From Gammaproteobacteria bacterium (GTDB lineage Bacteria > Pseudomonadota > Gammaproteobacteria > Burkholderiales > SHXO01), in assembly GCA_041488255.1 (NCBI GenBank), contig JBGPOV010000004.1, positions 16,866 through 80,865 of the forward strand: a stretch of DNA of 64,000 nucleotides, in the 5' to 3' direction. Of the stretch, positions 10,068 to 20,223 are shown piece by piece. Position 1 is the first letter of the stretch. Each line of letters begins with the position of its first letter. The notes beneath the pieces are model-generated. The model was given only the letters and a program-made list of their open reading frames with translations, did not search any database and was not told the origin of the DNA. The position numbers were made by a program, and so were the translations under genes.

Positions 10068-10426
10068 ATGCGCTGCTTACCAGCGTTGGTGCTGCGATGC
10101 TCTTGCTCGCCCCGGCCCTGACCTGCGGGGCTGTTCCGACCAACGATTTCCCCACCATCGAGCGTGTGCTGTTCGTGGAGAGCTGCGTGCGCGAACGCCC
10201 GGATCGCCCCCATCAAGAGATGCTGTACAAGTGCTCCTGTGCGGTGGACGCAATCGCCGGCGAGTTCCAGTACGAGGAGTATGTCGAGCTATCGACTGCG
10301 GTCGACGCGGGCCAGATCGCTGGAGAGCGCGGGACTGCGGTGCGCGAAAGCACCGAGGGCAAAAGCATGAGCAAGCGGTTTAAGGCCGCCCGCGCCAAAG
10401 CCCTGACTGGCTGCTTCATCCAGTAG
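10064..10426 (+). CDS. Small secreted Cys-containing hypothetical protein
   Basis: ATGA overlap, GGAG RBS, signal peptide, and NDFPT...ESC...KCSC...GC pattern. Confidence 0.75.
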   Translation: MNALLTSVGAAMLLLAPALTCGAVPTNDFPTIERVLFVESCVRERPDRPHQEMLYKCSCAVDAIAGEFQYEEYVELSTAVDAGQIAGERGTAVRESTEGKSMSKRFKAARAKALTGCFIQ

Positions 10427-10511
10427 CCTGGAAGGGCTGGTCGCCGTGCCGTCGCCCGCCGAGCAAGGAGAAACTAAGTCATCGGCTACCAGTAGCTGAG
10501 CGCTCCTCCCC

Positions 10512-10832
10512 TCAACCCCAGCGTTCGTCGCGGACCTGGATCTCGCCGTTATCGACGCGCACCGAGAACACGGCAGTGGGCTCGAACGCCGGCGGCGCAA
10601 GTGCCTCGCCGGTGCGGATGCAGAAGCGTGCACCGTGGCGCGGGCAGACGATCTGATCCCCTTCGATTGACCCGCCGGTGAGGATGCCGCCGTCGTGGGT
10701 ACAGACGTCCTCGATCGCGTAGTACTGACCGTCGAGGTTGAAGACGGCGACCTGGGCGCCGTCCAGATCTACGACGCGATGGGTGCCGGGCTGCAGATCG
10801 TCAGCCCGGCAGGCGGTGATCCAGTCACTCAC
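10512..10832 (-). CDS. Rieske-type [2Fe-2S] ferredoxin
   Basis: CTHD and CPRHGARF Rieske motifs; start placed at GTG 10832. Confidence 0.9.
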   Translation of the reverse strand: MSDWITACRADDLQPGTHRVVDLDGAQVAVFNLDGQYYAIEDVCTHDGGILTGGSIEGDQIVCPRHGARFCIRTGEALAPPAFEPTAVFSVRVDNGEIQVRDERWG

Positions 10833-10895
10833 GTGGTTCGCGGCGCGGGATGATGGACCACGAAACACGCACAACGAACCGAGGAAGGGGTCGCG

Positions 10896-11477
10896 CTACA
10901 CGGCGACCACTTCGATCTCCGGATCAACCTGCCGCACCAGGCCTTCGATGCCGGCCAGCGTGCCGGAAATCGAGCTGGGGCAGCTTCCGCATGCGCCTTG
11001 GTAGTGCACCTTCAGCACATTGTCCTCCAGGCCCAGCACGTACAGGTCGCCGCCGTCGCCTTGAAGATAGGGGCGAACTTGTTCCTCCAATATCTGCCGG
11101 ATCATGTCAAGCTTCTCGCGCTCCGCCGTCGACAGCTTCGATTCATCGAAGGCGACGCCGTCGGGCCGATCGGAACCCTTGCCGATCAGCTCCGCCGATC
11201 TCTCCTGAGCCGACGGCGCATCGCGAATCGGCACGGCCAGCTCGCGCAGCAGTTCGGGCCAATGTGCCTTGCCGTCCTGCGTGACCGTGATCCAGTGGTC
11301 GACGTAGAACACGTTGGTCACGTGCGCGATGGCGAATAGCGCCTCGGCCAGAGGATCGCCTGCCGCCTGCTCCGCGTTCTCGTAGGACTGGGTCACGCCA
11401 TAGGACAGCGGCTCGCGCAGGATGAACTTCCTGGCGTTGGGGTTGGGCGTGAACTCGATTTCGGCGATGCGGGGCAT
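10896..11477 (-). CDS. Nfu/NifU-type Fe-S carrier
   Basis: N-terminal TPNPNARKF (Nfu_N domain) and C-terminal VRPYLQGDGGD...GACGSCPSS. Confidence 0.9.
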   Translation of the reverse strand: MPRIAEIEFTPNPNARKFILREPLSYGVTQSYENAEQAAGDPLAEALFAIAHVTNVFYVDHWITVTQDGKAHWPELLRELAVPIRDAPSAQERSAELIGKGSDRPDGVAFDESKLSTAEREKLDMIRQILEEQVRPYLQGDGGDLYVLGLEDNVLKVHYQGACGSCPSSISGTLAGIEGLVRQVDPEIEVVAV

Positions 11478-11525
11478 AAAAAACCGCCTAGACGCTGGGG
11501 GCCGGAGGCGAGAGGACTCGGCTCA

Positions 11526-12017
11526 CTACGCTGACTCCTTCGCCGCAGGCAGGCCCATCGGGTCCGCGTCGCCTTCGGTCGAGGTAGTCCGCCTGTTGTG
11601 GAAGGCGGCGTGCAGCGTGTGCCAGGGCAGGATAGCGCACTTGACCCGCGAAGGCAGATCCTTGACGCCCGCAAACACCACCAGGCGACCCAGATGGTTG
11701 GGCTGCGCGGCAACGTCCAGCCGGCCGGTGGCCATCTCGCGAAACTCCTGCACCAACTGTTCGGCTTGTTCCACCCACTTGCCTTTCACATTGGCAGTCA
11801 TCATGGACGCCGATGCCTTGCAAATAGCGCAGCTCTCGCCTTCGAAGGCGACCTTCTCGATCAACCCGTCCTGTACCTTCAGGGTGATCCAGATGTGGTC
11901 GCCGCACAGCGGATTTACGCCCTCCGCGCGGTGCGTCGCATCGGCCAGGTTGCCCCAGTTGCGCGGCTTCTTGTTGTGGTCGAGGATGATCTCCTGATAG
12001 AGCTGCTTGCTGTCCAT
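11526..12017 (-). CDS. sufU: SUF-type sulfurtransferase/scaffold SufU
   Basis: LYQEIILDH, NPLCGD, CAICKASAS and RVKCA motifs. It has the SufU-type insert and lacks the IscU LPPVK motif. Confidence 0.88.
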   Translation of the reverse strand: MDSKQLYQEIILDHNKKPRNWGNLADATHRAEGVNPLCGDHIWITLKVQDGLIEKVAFEGESCAICKASASMMTANVKGKWVEQAEQLVQEFREMATGRLDVAAQPNHLGRLVVFAGVKDLPSRVKCAILPWHTLHAAFHNRRTTSTEGDADPMGLPAAKESA

Positions 12018-12029
12018 AGATCGCGCTCT

Positions 12030-13295
12030 TCAGGCAAAGATCTTCTGCACCCGCCGGATGCCGGCCACCAGCTGGTCGATCTCCTGGAAGGTGTTATAGA
12101 AAGCGAACGAAGCGCGGGCCGTGGCCGGGATCCCGAAGCGCTGCATGACCGGCTGCGCACAATGATGCCCGGTGCGCACCGCCACGCCGTCTTCGTTCAG
12201 GAGCGTTCCTACATCGTGCGGGTGTACGCCCGCGACTGTGAAGGACAGCACGGACGCCTTATCGATCGCCGTGCCGACGATGCGCACGCCCGGCAACGCC
12301 TGCACCTGCCCGCTGGCGTAGGTGAGCAGCTCGTGTTCCCAGGCGGCGATCTCCCGCATGCCGATCTCAGTCAAGTAATCCACGGCGGCGCCTAAGCCGA
12401 TCGCAGCGGCAATCGGCGGCGTGCCGGCTTCGAACTTGTGCGGGATGGTGTTATAGACCGTCCGCTCGAACGTCACCGACAGGATCATGTCGCCGCCGCC
12501 CTGATAGGGCTGCATCTTCTCGAGCCACTGCGCCTTGCCGAAGAGGACCCCGATGCCAGTGGGGCCGAACATCTTGTGACCCGAGAAGCAGTAAAAGTCG
12601 CAATCCAGGTCCTGCACGTCGACTGGAAGGTGCGGGACCGCCTGAGCGCCGTCCACCAGCACCGGCACGCCCTGCGCGTGCGCGCACGCGATCATCTGCT
12701 TGACCGGGTTCACCGTGCCCAGCGCGTTGGACACGTGGGTTAGGGCGACCAGCCTGGTGTGTTGGTTGAACAGTGCCTCGTACTCGTCCAGCAGCAGCTC
12801 GCCGGCGTCATTGCACGGGATGACACGCAGCTTGCAGCCCTTCTCGTCGCGCAGCATCTGCCACGGCACGATGTTGGAATGGTGCTCCAGTTGAGACAGG
12901 ATGATCTCGTCGCCGCGCTGGAGCAAAGCGCGCCCGAAGCCGTGCATCACCAGGTTGACCGCGTCGGTGGTGCCGCGGGTGTAAATCACCTCGCGCTCGT
13001 CGCGGGCGTTGATGAACTTCTGGATCTTGCGCCGCGCCCCCTCGTAGGCCGCGGTGGCTGTCTCGGACAGGTAGTGCACGGCGCGGTGGATGTTGGAGTG
13101 CTCCTGGGTCTGATAGCGGATCAGCCGATCCAGGACGGGTTGCGGCATCTGGCTACTGGCCGCGTTGTCCAGGTAAGCCAAGGGCTTGCCGTTCACCTTC
13201 AGCCGCAGTATCGGGAAGTCCGAGCGCACGCGCGGCAGATCGAACCCAGGAGTGAGTCCGCTCGGTTCCTGTAGGGCCAAAGCTGGGCTGCTCAT
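12030..13295 (-). CDS. sufS: Cysteine desulfurase SufS
   Basis: YLDNAASSQ, SGHKM (PLP Lys), and group II signature RTGHHCAQP. ATG 13295 overlaps the sufD stop. Confidence 0.95.
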   Translation of the reverse strand: MSSPALALQEPSGLTPGFDLPRVRSDFPILRLKVNGKPLAYLDNAASSQMPQPVLDRLIRYQTQEHSNIHRAVHYLSETATAAYEGARRKIQKFINARDEREVIYTRGTTDAVNLVMHGFGRALLQRGDEIILSQLEHHSNIVPWQMLRDEKGCKLRVIPCNDAGELLLDEYEALFNQHTRLVALTHVSNALGTVNPVKQMIACAHAQGVPVLVDGAQAVPHLPVDVQDLDCDFYCFSGHKMFGPTGIGVLFGKAQWLEKMQPYQGGGDMILSVTFERTVYNTIPHKFEAGTPPIAAAIGLGAAVDYLTEIGMREIAAWEHELLTYASGQVQALPGVRIVGTAIDKASVLSFTVAGVHPHDVGTLLNEDGVAVRTGHHCAQPVMQRFGIPATARASFAFYNTFQEIDQLVAGIRRVQKIFA

Positions 13296-14608
13296 CGGGT
13301 TTCCTTGCTCTGCGTGCGGCGGACGACGACGTCTTCCAGGCGCTTCACCACCGACGGCAACGCGATCCGCTCCACGATCTCGGCGGCGAAAGCGAAAGTC
13401 AACAGGTCGCGGGCCGAGGGCTCGGACAGTCCGCGGCTCCTGAGATAGAAGACCTGCTCGGCGTCGAGCTGGCCGACGGTGGCCCCATGAGCGCACTTCA
13501 CATCGTCGGCGAAGATCTCGAGCTGGGGCTTGGTGTCCACATGGGCCCGTTCGGTAAGCAGGAGATTGCGGCTCTCCTGGGCCGAGTCGGTGCGCTGCGC
13601 TCCGCGCCGGACTAGGATTTTGCCGCTGAACACCGCGTGGGCGGCGTCGCCGGCGATGCATTTGTGCACTTGGCGGCTGCGCCCATGTGGCAGCGCATGG
13701 TCGATAAAGCTGTGCGTGTCAGCCAGCTGCCGTCCCGAGACCAGCGCCAGTCCGTCAATCTCGAAGTCGGTTCCCTCTCCCGCCTGCACGACATGCAAGT
13801 TGTAGCGCGAGATCCGCGCTCCGAGCGAGACGCTCACGCCTGAATAGCGGCCGTCCCGCGCTACACGCGCGCCACAGGTCGCGATGTGGAAAGCGCCCGC
13901 GCTCTCACGCTGCAAACGGACGTGGCGCACGCTGGCGTTCTCGCCCACATGAATCTCCGTGACCCCGTTGGTCAAGCCCGCCTCCTCGTGTATCGAGACG
14001 AAATCCTCGATCACGATGCAACGGCTACCGGGTCCGGCAACCACCAATGCCCGCGGGTACACGGCAGCGCCAGGGCTAGCGCTCATAAACACCAGGTGGA
14101 TTGGACGGTGCACATCGCGGTCGCCGTCCACCAGCACCGCTGCGCCGTCACGCAGCCAGGTAGTGTTCACCGCGCTGAACGCATCGTCGCTACCGGCAAC
14201 CAGACGCCCGAGCCCCGCCTGTATGCGGTCGCCATGCTGGCTCAACGCGGAGGCCAGGGACGCGACGACGACGCCAGTCTCGGGCTGCAGCGCTGACAGG
14301 TTGGGGGCGAACGTGCCGTCCACGAACACCAAACGGCTGCCGGCCTCGGGGATCAGCCAAGGCTCGATCGCGGTCGCGTCGACTCGGACCGGCTGGGCAG
14401 GCAGCTCGAGCGTGGCTTTATACAGCGGAGATAGGTCGGTAAAACGCCAATCTTCATCGCGCGTGGTGGGGACCGTCAGCGCATTGGCGCGCTCCAGCGC
14501 CTTCGCCCTCAGAGCGTTCAACCAGGAAAGCGGGCTCGCGGGAAGGCGCCCCTGCTCCTGCAGCAAGCGTTCCAGGTAGCTGTTGGTAACCGCTTCCATG
14601 GGTCTCAC
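13292..14608 (-). CDS. sufD: Fe-S assembly protein SufD
   Basis: EDWRFTDL and KPQLEIFADDVKCAHGATVG...FYLRSRG motifs. Confidence 0.93.
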   Translation of the reverse strand: MRPMEAVTNSYLERLLQEQGRLPASPLSWLNALRAKALERANALTVPTTRDEDWRFTDLSPLYKATLELPAQPVRVDATAIEPWLIPEAGSRLVFVDGTFAPNLSALQPETGVVVASLASALSQHGDRIQAGLGRLVAGSDDAFSAVNTTWLRDGAAVLVDGDRDVHRPIHLVFMSASPGAAVYPRALVVAGPGSRCIVIEDFVSIHEEAGLTNGVTEIHVGENASVRHVRLQRESAGAFHIATCGARVARDGRYSGVSVSLGARISRYNLHVVQAGEGTDFEIDGLALVSGRQLADTHSFIDHALPHGRSRQVHKCIAGDAAHAVFSGKILVRRGAQRTDSAQESRNLLLTERAHVDTKPQLEIFADDVKCAHGATVGQLDAEQVFYLRSRGLSEPSARDLLTFAFAAEIVERIALPSVVKRLEDVVVRRTQSKETR

Positions 14609-15387
14609 GCAGCCTGTCGTGCCCGATACTCGTCGGCCACCCAGTCGTAGCCACGGCTCTCCAACTCGAGGGCCAGGTCGCTGCCTCCGGTCTTGATGAT
14701 CCGGCCCTGGTCCATGACGTGGACATAATCCGGAGTGATGTAATTGAGCAGCCGCTGGTAATGCGTTACCAGGACCACGGCGTTGTCTGGGGTGCGCAGG
14801 TGGCTCACGCCGTTGGCCACGACGCGCAACGCGTCGATGTCCAGGCCTGAGTCCGCCTCGTCGAGAATGGCGAGCCGCGGCTCGAGAACCGCCATTTGCA
14901 AGATCTCGTTGCGCTTCTTCTCGCCGCCGGAGAAGCCTTCATTGACGCTACGCTCCAGGAGGGCCGGGTCGATGTCCAGCAGCTTCAGTTTGTCCTGCAC
15001 ATAGTCGTCGAATTCCAGCGGATCCAGCTCATCCCTGCCGCGGGCGCCCTGCACCGTGTTGTAAGCCAAGCGCAGGAACGAGGAGTTTGTGACGCCCGGC
15101 ACCTCTACTGAATATTGGAACGCCAGAAAGAAGCCGGCGCGGGCACGCTCTTCGGGCGCCATTTGGAACAAGTTCCTGCCCTCGAACAGCGCGGCGCCGC
15201 CGGTAACCTCGTAGGCTGGATGCCCTGCAAGCACCTTGGCGAAGGTGCTTTTCCCCGACCCGTTCGGCCCCATGATTGCATGCACCTCGCCGGCTCGGAT
15301 CGTCAGGTCGATGCCCTTGAGGATCTCGACGTCGGCGACGGTGGCGGTGAGGCGGCGAACCTCCAGCAGGATGCTTCGATTCATCAC
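14605..15387 (-). CDS. sufC: Fe-S assembly ATPase SufC
   Basis: GPNGSGKST Walker [17 protein letters not shown], and THYQRLL. Confidence 0.95.
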   Translation of the reverse strand: MMNRSILLEVRRLTATVADVEILKGIDLTIRAGEVHAIMGPNGSGKSTFAKVLAGHPAYEVTGGAALFEGRNLFQMAPEERARAGFFLAFQYSVEVPGVTNSSFLRLAYNTVQGARGRDELDPLEFDDYVQDKLKLLDIDPALLERSVNEGFSGGEKKRNEILQMAVLEPRLAILDEADSGLDIDALRVVANGVSHLRTPDNAVVLVTHYQRLLNYITPDYVHVMDQGRIIKTGGSDLALELESRGYDWVADEYRARQAA

Positions 15388-16823
15388 CCGACGCTTCCTT
15401 CCAGTTTCAGGCCCAGCAGCTTGGTGGCCTCCACCGCGAACTCCATAGGCAGCTGGGTGAACACGTCGCGGCAGAAGCCGTTGATGATCATCGAGACGGC
15501 TTCCTCGGCGCCGATGCCGCGCTGCGCAAAGTAGAACAACTGGTCCTCGCCGATTTTCGAGGTCGTCGCCTCGTGTTCGACCTTGGCGCTGTTGTTATTG
15601 ACCTGGATGTAGGGAAATGTGTTGGCCCCGCACTTGTCCCCGATCAGAAGCGAGTCGCACTGGGAATAGTTGCGTGCGTTGCCAGCCTTTGCGCCGATCT
15701 TCACCAGGCCACGGTAGCTGTTGTTGGAGAAGCCGGCCGAGATGCCCTTGCTCACGATGGTGCTGCGCGTGTTCCTGCCGATGTGGACCATCTTGGTGCC
15801 GGTGTCGGCCTGCTGGTGATGGTTGGTCAGTGCCACCGAGTAGAACTCGCCGACGGCGTTATCGCCCAGCAGCACGCAAGAGGGATACTTCCAGGTGATG
15901 GCCGAGCCGGTCTCCACCTGGGTCCAGGAAATCTTCGAGTTAACGCCCTTGCACAGCCCGCGCTTGGTGACGAAATTGTAGATGCCTCCCACACCGTTCT
16001 CGTCGCCGGCGTACCAGTTCTGCACCGTGGAATACTTGATCTCGGCATTGTCCAGCGCGACCAGCTCGACCACCGCCGCATGCAGCTGGTTGGTGTCGAA
16101 TTTCGGCGCCGTACAACCTTCGAGATAGGACACGTAGCTGCCCTCCTCGGCCACGATCAGAGTGCGCTCGAACTGGCCCGATTCCTGGGTGTTGATGCGG
16201 AAATAAGTCGACAGCTCCATCGGGCAGCGCACGCCCTTGGGGATGTAGCAGAAGCTGCCGTCGGTGAACACGGCCGAGTTGAGCGCTGCATAGAAGTTGT
16301 CACCTTGAGGTACAACCGAACCGAGGTACTTGCGCACCAGGCCGGGATGGTCGCGCACCGCCTCGGAGAAGGAGCAGAACACGATGCCGACTTCGGCCAA
16401 CCGCTGCTTGTAGGTGGTGGTGACCGATACGCTGTCGAAGATCACGTCCACTGCGACGCCGGCCAGTGCCTTCTGCTCGTGCATGGGCACTCCCAGCTTC
16501 TCGAAGGTACGCAACAACTCCGGGTCGACCTCGTCCATAGACGCCAGCTTCTTCTTCGACTTGGGCGCCGAGAAATAGATGATGTCCTGGAAATCGATCT
16601 TCGGATACCGGACGTTGGACCAGACCGGCTCCCGCATGGTCAGCCAGTGTCGGTAGGATTGCAGGCGATACTCGAGCAACCACTCGGGCTCGTGCTTCTT
16701 CCTCGAGATGAGCCGGATGACGTCCTCGTTGAGGCCTTTGGGAACGACATCGGCCTCGATCTCGGTGACGAAACCGTGCCTGTAGGGCTGGTTGACCAGG
16801 TTCTGGAGGACCGTGCTGCTCAT
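15384..16823 (-). CDS. sufB: Fe-S assembly protein SufB
   Basis: [24 protein letters not shown] and EHEATTSKI motifs; start placed at ATG 16823. Confidence 0.96.
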   Translation of the reverse strand: MSSTVLQNLVNQPYRHGFVTEIEADVVPKGLNEDVIRLISRKKHEPEWLLEYRLQSYRHWLTMREPVWSNVRYPKIDFQDIIYFSAPKSKKKLASMDEVDPELLRTFEKLGVPMHEQKALAGVAVDVIFDSVSVTTTYKQRLAEVGIVFCSFSEAVRDHPGLVRKYLGSVVPQGDNFYAALNSAVFTDGSFCYIPKGVRCPMELSTYFRINTQESGQFERTLIVAEEGSYVSYLEGCTAPKFDTNQLHAAVVELVALDNAEIKYSTVQNWYAGDENGVGGIYNFVTKRGLCKGVNSKISWTQVETGSAITWKYPSCVLLGDNAVGEFYSVALTNHHQQADTGTKMVHIGRNTRSTIVSKGISAGFSNNSYRGLVKIGAKAGNARNYSQCDSLLIGDKCGANTFPYIQVNNNSAKVEHEATTSKIGEDQLFYFAQRGIGAEEAVSMIINGFCRDVFTQLPMEFAVEATKLLGLKLEGSVG

Positions 16824-16877
16824 GGTTCCTGACTCGTCACTCGCATTGGTGGTGGGCTCCCACATCACCTTCGAGCG

Positions 16878-17210
16878 TCAGACGCTGAAGCTCTCCCCGC
16901 AGCCGCACTCGTTCTTCGCGTTGGGGTTGTCGAACTTGAAAGACTCCTTGAGACCCTCGCGCGCGAAGTCCAGGGTGGAGCCGTCGAGGTACTTCAGGAC
17001 TTCTTTGTCCACTACGACCTTCGCGTCGTGCGCCTCGAACAACGCATCGTTGGCACCGATCTCGTCCGCATAATCGAAGGTATAGGCCAGGCCCGAGCAG
17101 CCCACCTGCTTGACACCCAGCCGCAGGCCGACGCCCTTGCCCCGCGTGGCGAGCGATCTCTGGATCTGTCTGGCCGCACTCTCCGTCAGCTTGATTGCCA
17201 CCGTTGTCAC
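16878..17210 (-). CDS. iscA: A-type Fe-S carrier (IscA/SufA)
   Basis: GCSGLAY and CGCGESF motifs. Confidence 0.9.
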   Translation of the reverse strand: MTTVAIKLTESAARQIQRSLATRGKGVGLRLGVKQVGCSGLAYTFDYADEIGANDALFEAHDAKVVVDKEVLKYLDGSTLDFAREGLKESFKFDNPNAKNECGCGESFSV

Positions 17211-17240
17211 TCCGTCACAATTCGATTCGACGATTTCGGT

Positions 17241-17720
17241 CTAGACCACTGGCTCGGGCTGATCGCGGCGTGCGCGCTGGTCCTTCAACTCCATGACTTT
17301 CGTCTCGACCGCCTCCGCCTGGGCCTTGTCCACAAGCTGGGCCAAAGTGACCGAGTTGAGGTACTCGAAGATCCTGTCATTGAGGCTGGCCCATAGGTCG
17401 TGAGTGAGACACTTGTGCTCATCTTTGCAGTTCTCGCGCCCGCCGCACTGGGTGGCGTCGATGGGCTCGTCCACCGCGCGGATGATATCGGCCACGGAAA
17501 CTTCTTCCATCTTTTTGGCCAGCTGATAGCCGCCACCGGGGCCGCGCACGCTGGACACCAGCGTGCGCCGGCGCAGCTTGCCGAACAGCTGCTCCAGGTA
17601 GGACAGCGAGATCTTCTGCCGCTCGGAGATATCGGCGAGCGTCACCGGCCTCGCGCCGTTGCGCATCGCGAGGTCGATCATCGCGGTCACCGCAAAACGT
17701 CCCTTGGTGGTCAGTCGCAT
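17241..17720 (-). CDS. iscR: Fe-S cluster regulator IscR (Rrf2 family)
   Basis: [30 protein letters not shown], and 3Cys+His ligands [16 protein letters not shown]. Confidence 0.95.
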   Translation of the reverse strand: MRLTTKGRFAVTAMIDLAMRNGARPVTLADISERQKISLSYLEQLFGKLRRRTLVSSVRGPGGGYQLAKKMEEVSVADIIRAVDEPIDATQCGGRENCKDEHKCLTHDLWASLNDRIFEYLNSVTLAQLVDKAQAEAVETKVMELKDQRARRDQPEPVV

Positions 17721-17764
17721 GGCTTGCTCCTCGGGGAAACCCGGAAATTCACCTCTGAATCGAC

Positions 17765-17817
17765 AAACTTGATGATTTCAGTCAAGTTTACGATACCCGA
17801 ACGTTTCAGTCAACAAT
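17765..17817 (-). promoter_or_regulatory. Two tandem IscR type-1 binding boxes upstream of iscR
   Basis: Minus-strand ATTGTTGACTGAAACGTTCGGGTAT (17793-17817) and AAACTTGACTGAAATCATCAAGTTT (17765-17789) resemble the ATASYYGACTRwwwYAGTCRRSTAT consensus. Confidence 0.75.
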
Positions 17818-17904
17818 TCTATTCAGGTAACTGGGGTCGAAGGCATCGAATTTCACCTCCCCGTCCCGGCACTCAATGCCGGCCTGCTCCAATCGGGCCA
17901 GGAT

Positions 17905-18558
17905 CTACTCGATGCGCCGATCGATCGTAACCACATGATCCAGAAGGCTATGGATTGCCTTAGTCACGGGATCGTTCATATCGCCGCTCACGCCATAAGC
18001 CGGGAAGCCGATCTTCTCCGCCATGCGGGCACGCGCCTCGTCGCGTCCGTTGTCGATGATGCGGGCCGGGATGCCGACTGCAGTGGAGCCCGCCGGCACG
18101 TCCCTAACTACCACTGCGTTAGAGCCGACCTTGGCGTTATCGCCGATGTGGATTGGACCGAGCATCTTGGCCCCGGCGCCAGCAACGACGCCATTGCCCA
18201 GGGTCGGGTGTCGCTTGCCCCTGTGCCACGTGGTTCCCCCCAGCGTAACCCCGTGGTAGAGCGTTACGTCGTCGCCGATCTCAGCGGTCTCGCCGATCAC
18301 CACACCCATGCCGTGATCGATGAAGAACCGCCGCCCGATCACCGCCCCCGGGTGGATCTCAATGCCGGTCAGCCAGCGGGCGATGTGGGAAGTGAATCGC
18401 CCCAACCACTTCAGGTTCCAACGCCACAGGCGGTGCGACAGGCGGTGGAGCAATCGCGCGTGAAAACCCGGGTAGCAGGTGATCACCTCCCAGGTAGTGC
18501 GGGCCGCCGGATCGCGCTCGAACACGCAGCGGATGTCCTCGCGGATTCGGTCAAACAT
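17905..18558 (-). CDS. cysE: Serine O-acetyltransferase CysE (in-frame TAG may truncate the C-terminal tail)
   Basis: [28 protein letters not shown] and KRHPTLG motifs. The frame stays open past the TAG to a TGA at 17806. Confidence 0.93.
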   Translation of the reverse strand: MFDRIREDIRCVFERDPAARTTWEVITCYPGFHARLLHRLSHRLWRWNLKWLGRFTSHIARWLTGIEIHPGAVIGRRFFIDHGMGVVIGETAEIGDDVTLYHGVTLGGTTWHRGKRHPTLGNGVVAGAGAKMLGPIHIGDNAKVGSNAVVVRDVPAGSTAVGIPARIIDNGRDEARARMAEKIGFPAYGVSGDMNDPVTKAIHSLLDHVVTIDRRIE

Positions 18559-18598
18559 GAACTATCGCCTACGCCTTGAGGAAAAACAACAGTTTACG

Positions 18599-18623
18599 AT
18601 TGCCGAGTAACGTGGTCAACTAT
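18599..18623 (-). promoter_or_regulatory. IscR type-1 box upstream of cysE
   Basis: Minus-strand ATAGTTGACCACGTTACTCGGCAAT, overlapping the trmJ stop codon. Confidence 0.7.
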
Positions 18624-19354
18624 TGTCTGGCGCGTGGCTTTTGGGCAGCGCTGAGGACACCACGCAGGATGTTGACCTCCTCCTTCTCCAGTCGTGCGCG
18701 CTGAAACAGCCGGCGCAGCCGCTGCATCAGCCGTTTGGGCTGCTTGGGGTCCAGGAAGTCGATGTCATAAAGCGTCTGCTCCAGATGGCGGAAAAACAAT
18801 TCGACTTCCTCGTAGCTCGCCGGCTCATAGATCTCCTGCGTGTAAGATCCCAGCACTTCGGCCGACTGGCGCAGTTCGTACGCGAAGATCTGCACAGCCG
18901 CAGCCAGGTTGAGCGACGTGTAGTCGGGGTTGGTCGGGATCATGGCGATAGCGGCGCAGCGGCTGACGTCCTGGGCCGTCAGCCCCGTTTTCTCCGGCCC
19001 GAACACCAGAGCCACAGGCCCGCGCGCGGCCTCGCAAACCAGTCGCGCGCCGGTTTCCCGTGCCGTGAGGACCGCATGCGACAAGTTGCGGTTGCGGGCG
19101 GTGCATGCAGCAGCGAACACGGTGCCGGCAAGCGCCTCATCGATGGAGCCGCAAACCACGGCTTGCTCCAACACGTCGGCGGCGCTCGAGGCCATCGCGA
19201 CCGCATCGGCGGCCGGAAAGCGCTGCGGGTTGACCAGGTAGAGCGAGGCCAGCCCCATGGTCTTCATGGCGCGCGCGGTGGCGCCGATGTTGCCCGGGTG
19301 GCTGGTGCCACACAGGACGATGCGCACGCGATTCAGAGGGGAAGCATCAGGCAT
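18620..19354 (-). CDS. trmJ: tRNA (cytidine/uridine-2'-O)-methyltransferase TrmJ
   Basis: SHPGNIGATARAMKTMG, FGPEKTGL and SLNLAAAVQ SPOUT motifs; conserved suhB-trmJ-cysE-iscR order. Confidence 0.9.
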   Translation of the reverse strand: MPDASPLNRVRIVLCGTSHPGNIGATARAMKTMGLASLYLVNPQRFPAADAVAMASSAADVLEQAVVCGSIDEALAGTVFAAACTARNRNLSHAVLTARETGARLVCEAARGPVALVFGPEKTGLTAQDVSRCAAIAMIPTNPDYTSLNLAAAVQIFAYELRQSAEVLGSYTQEIYEPASYEEVELFFRHLEQTLYDIDFLDPKQPKRLMQRLRRLFQRARLEKEEVNILRGVLSAAQKPRARQ

Positions 19355-19407
19355 GGAGTAGAATCCGCGCTTCGCGCTACTGACGCTCACGCGTGGGGAA
19401 ATGCTAG

Positions 19408-20223
19408 ATGGCGATTCTGCATCCCATGGTCAACATTGCGGTGAAAGCAACGCGCCGCGCAGGCCGCATCATCAACCAGGCCGCCGGCAACCTGGACGTG
19501 TTGACGGTGCGGCACAAGAGCTTGAACGACCTGGTGTCCGAGGTGGACCGGGCAGCCGAGGCGGTCATCATCGACACGTTGAAAACGGCCTACCCGGACC
19601 ATGCGATTTTAGCCGAAGAGAGCGGCGCGGCCGGTCGGTCGGAGCATGTCTGGGTCATCGATCCGCTCGACGGCACCACCAACTACCTGCACGGGTTCCA
19701 GCAGTACTGCGTGTCCGTCGCGCTGGTGCACAAAGGCGTCATTACGCACGGTGTCGTCTACGATCCGTGTCGCAACGACTTGTACACCGCCTCGCGCGGG
19801 CGGGGCGCTTACCTCAACGACAAACGGCTGCGCGTGTCCCGGCGCGAGAAGCTGATCGACTCGCTCATCGGCACCGGCTTTCCGTTCCGCATGTTCGATC
19901 ATCTCGACGCTTACACCGGCATGCTCAAGGACTTGATGACCAAGACCGCGGGCGTACGCCGTCCCGGCTCGGCGGCGCTCGATTTGGCCAACGTAGCCGC
20001 CGGGCGGCTGGACGGGTTCTGGGAGATCGGGCTGGCCCCCTGGGACATGGCGGCCGGCTGCCTGATGATCACCGAGGCTGGTGGACTGGTGGGCGACCTC
20101 GAGGGCAACGAGCGCTTCATGCACAGCGGCAACCTCGTCGCTGGAAGTCCGAAGATCTTCGCACAACTGCTCCAGGTCATTCAGCCCCACCTCACACCCA
20201 TGCTGCGAACACAAGATAAGTGA
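19408..20223 (+). CDS. suhB: Inositol monophosphatase family protein SuhB
   Basis: [22 protein letters not shown] and WDMAAG motifs. Confidence 0.93.
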   Translation: MAILHPMVNIAVKATRRAGRIINQAAGNLDVLTVRHKSLNDLVSEVDRAAEAVIIDTLKTAYPDHAILAEESGAAGRSEHVWVIDPLDGTTNYLHGFQQYCVSVALVHKGVITHGVVYDPCRNDLYTASRGRGAYLNDKRLRVSRREKLIDSLIGTGFPFRMFDHLDAYTGMLKDLMTKTAGVRRPGSAALDLANVAAGRLDGFWEIGLAPWDMAAGCLMITEAGGLVGDLEGNERFMHSGNLVAGSPKIFAQLLQVIQPHLTPMLRTQDK

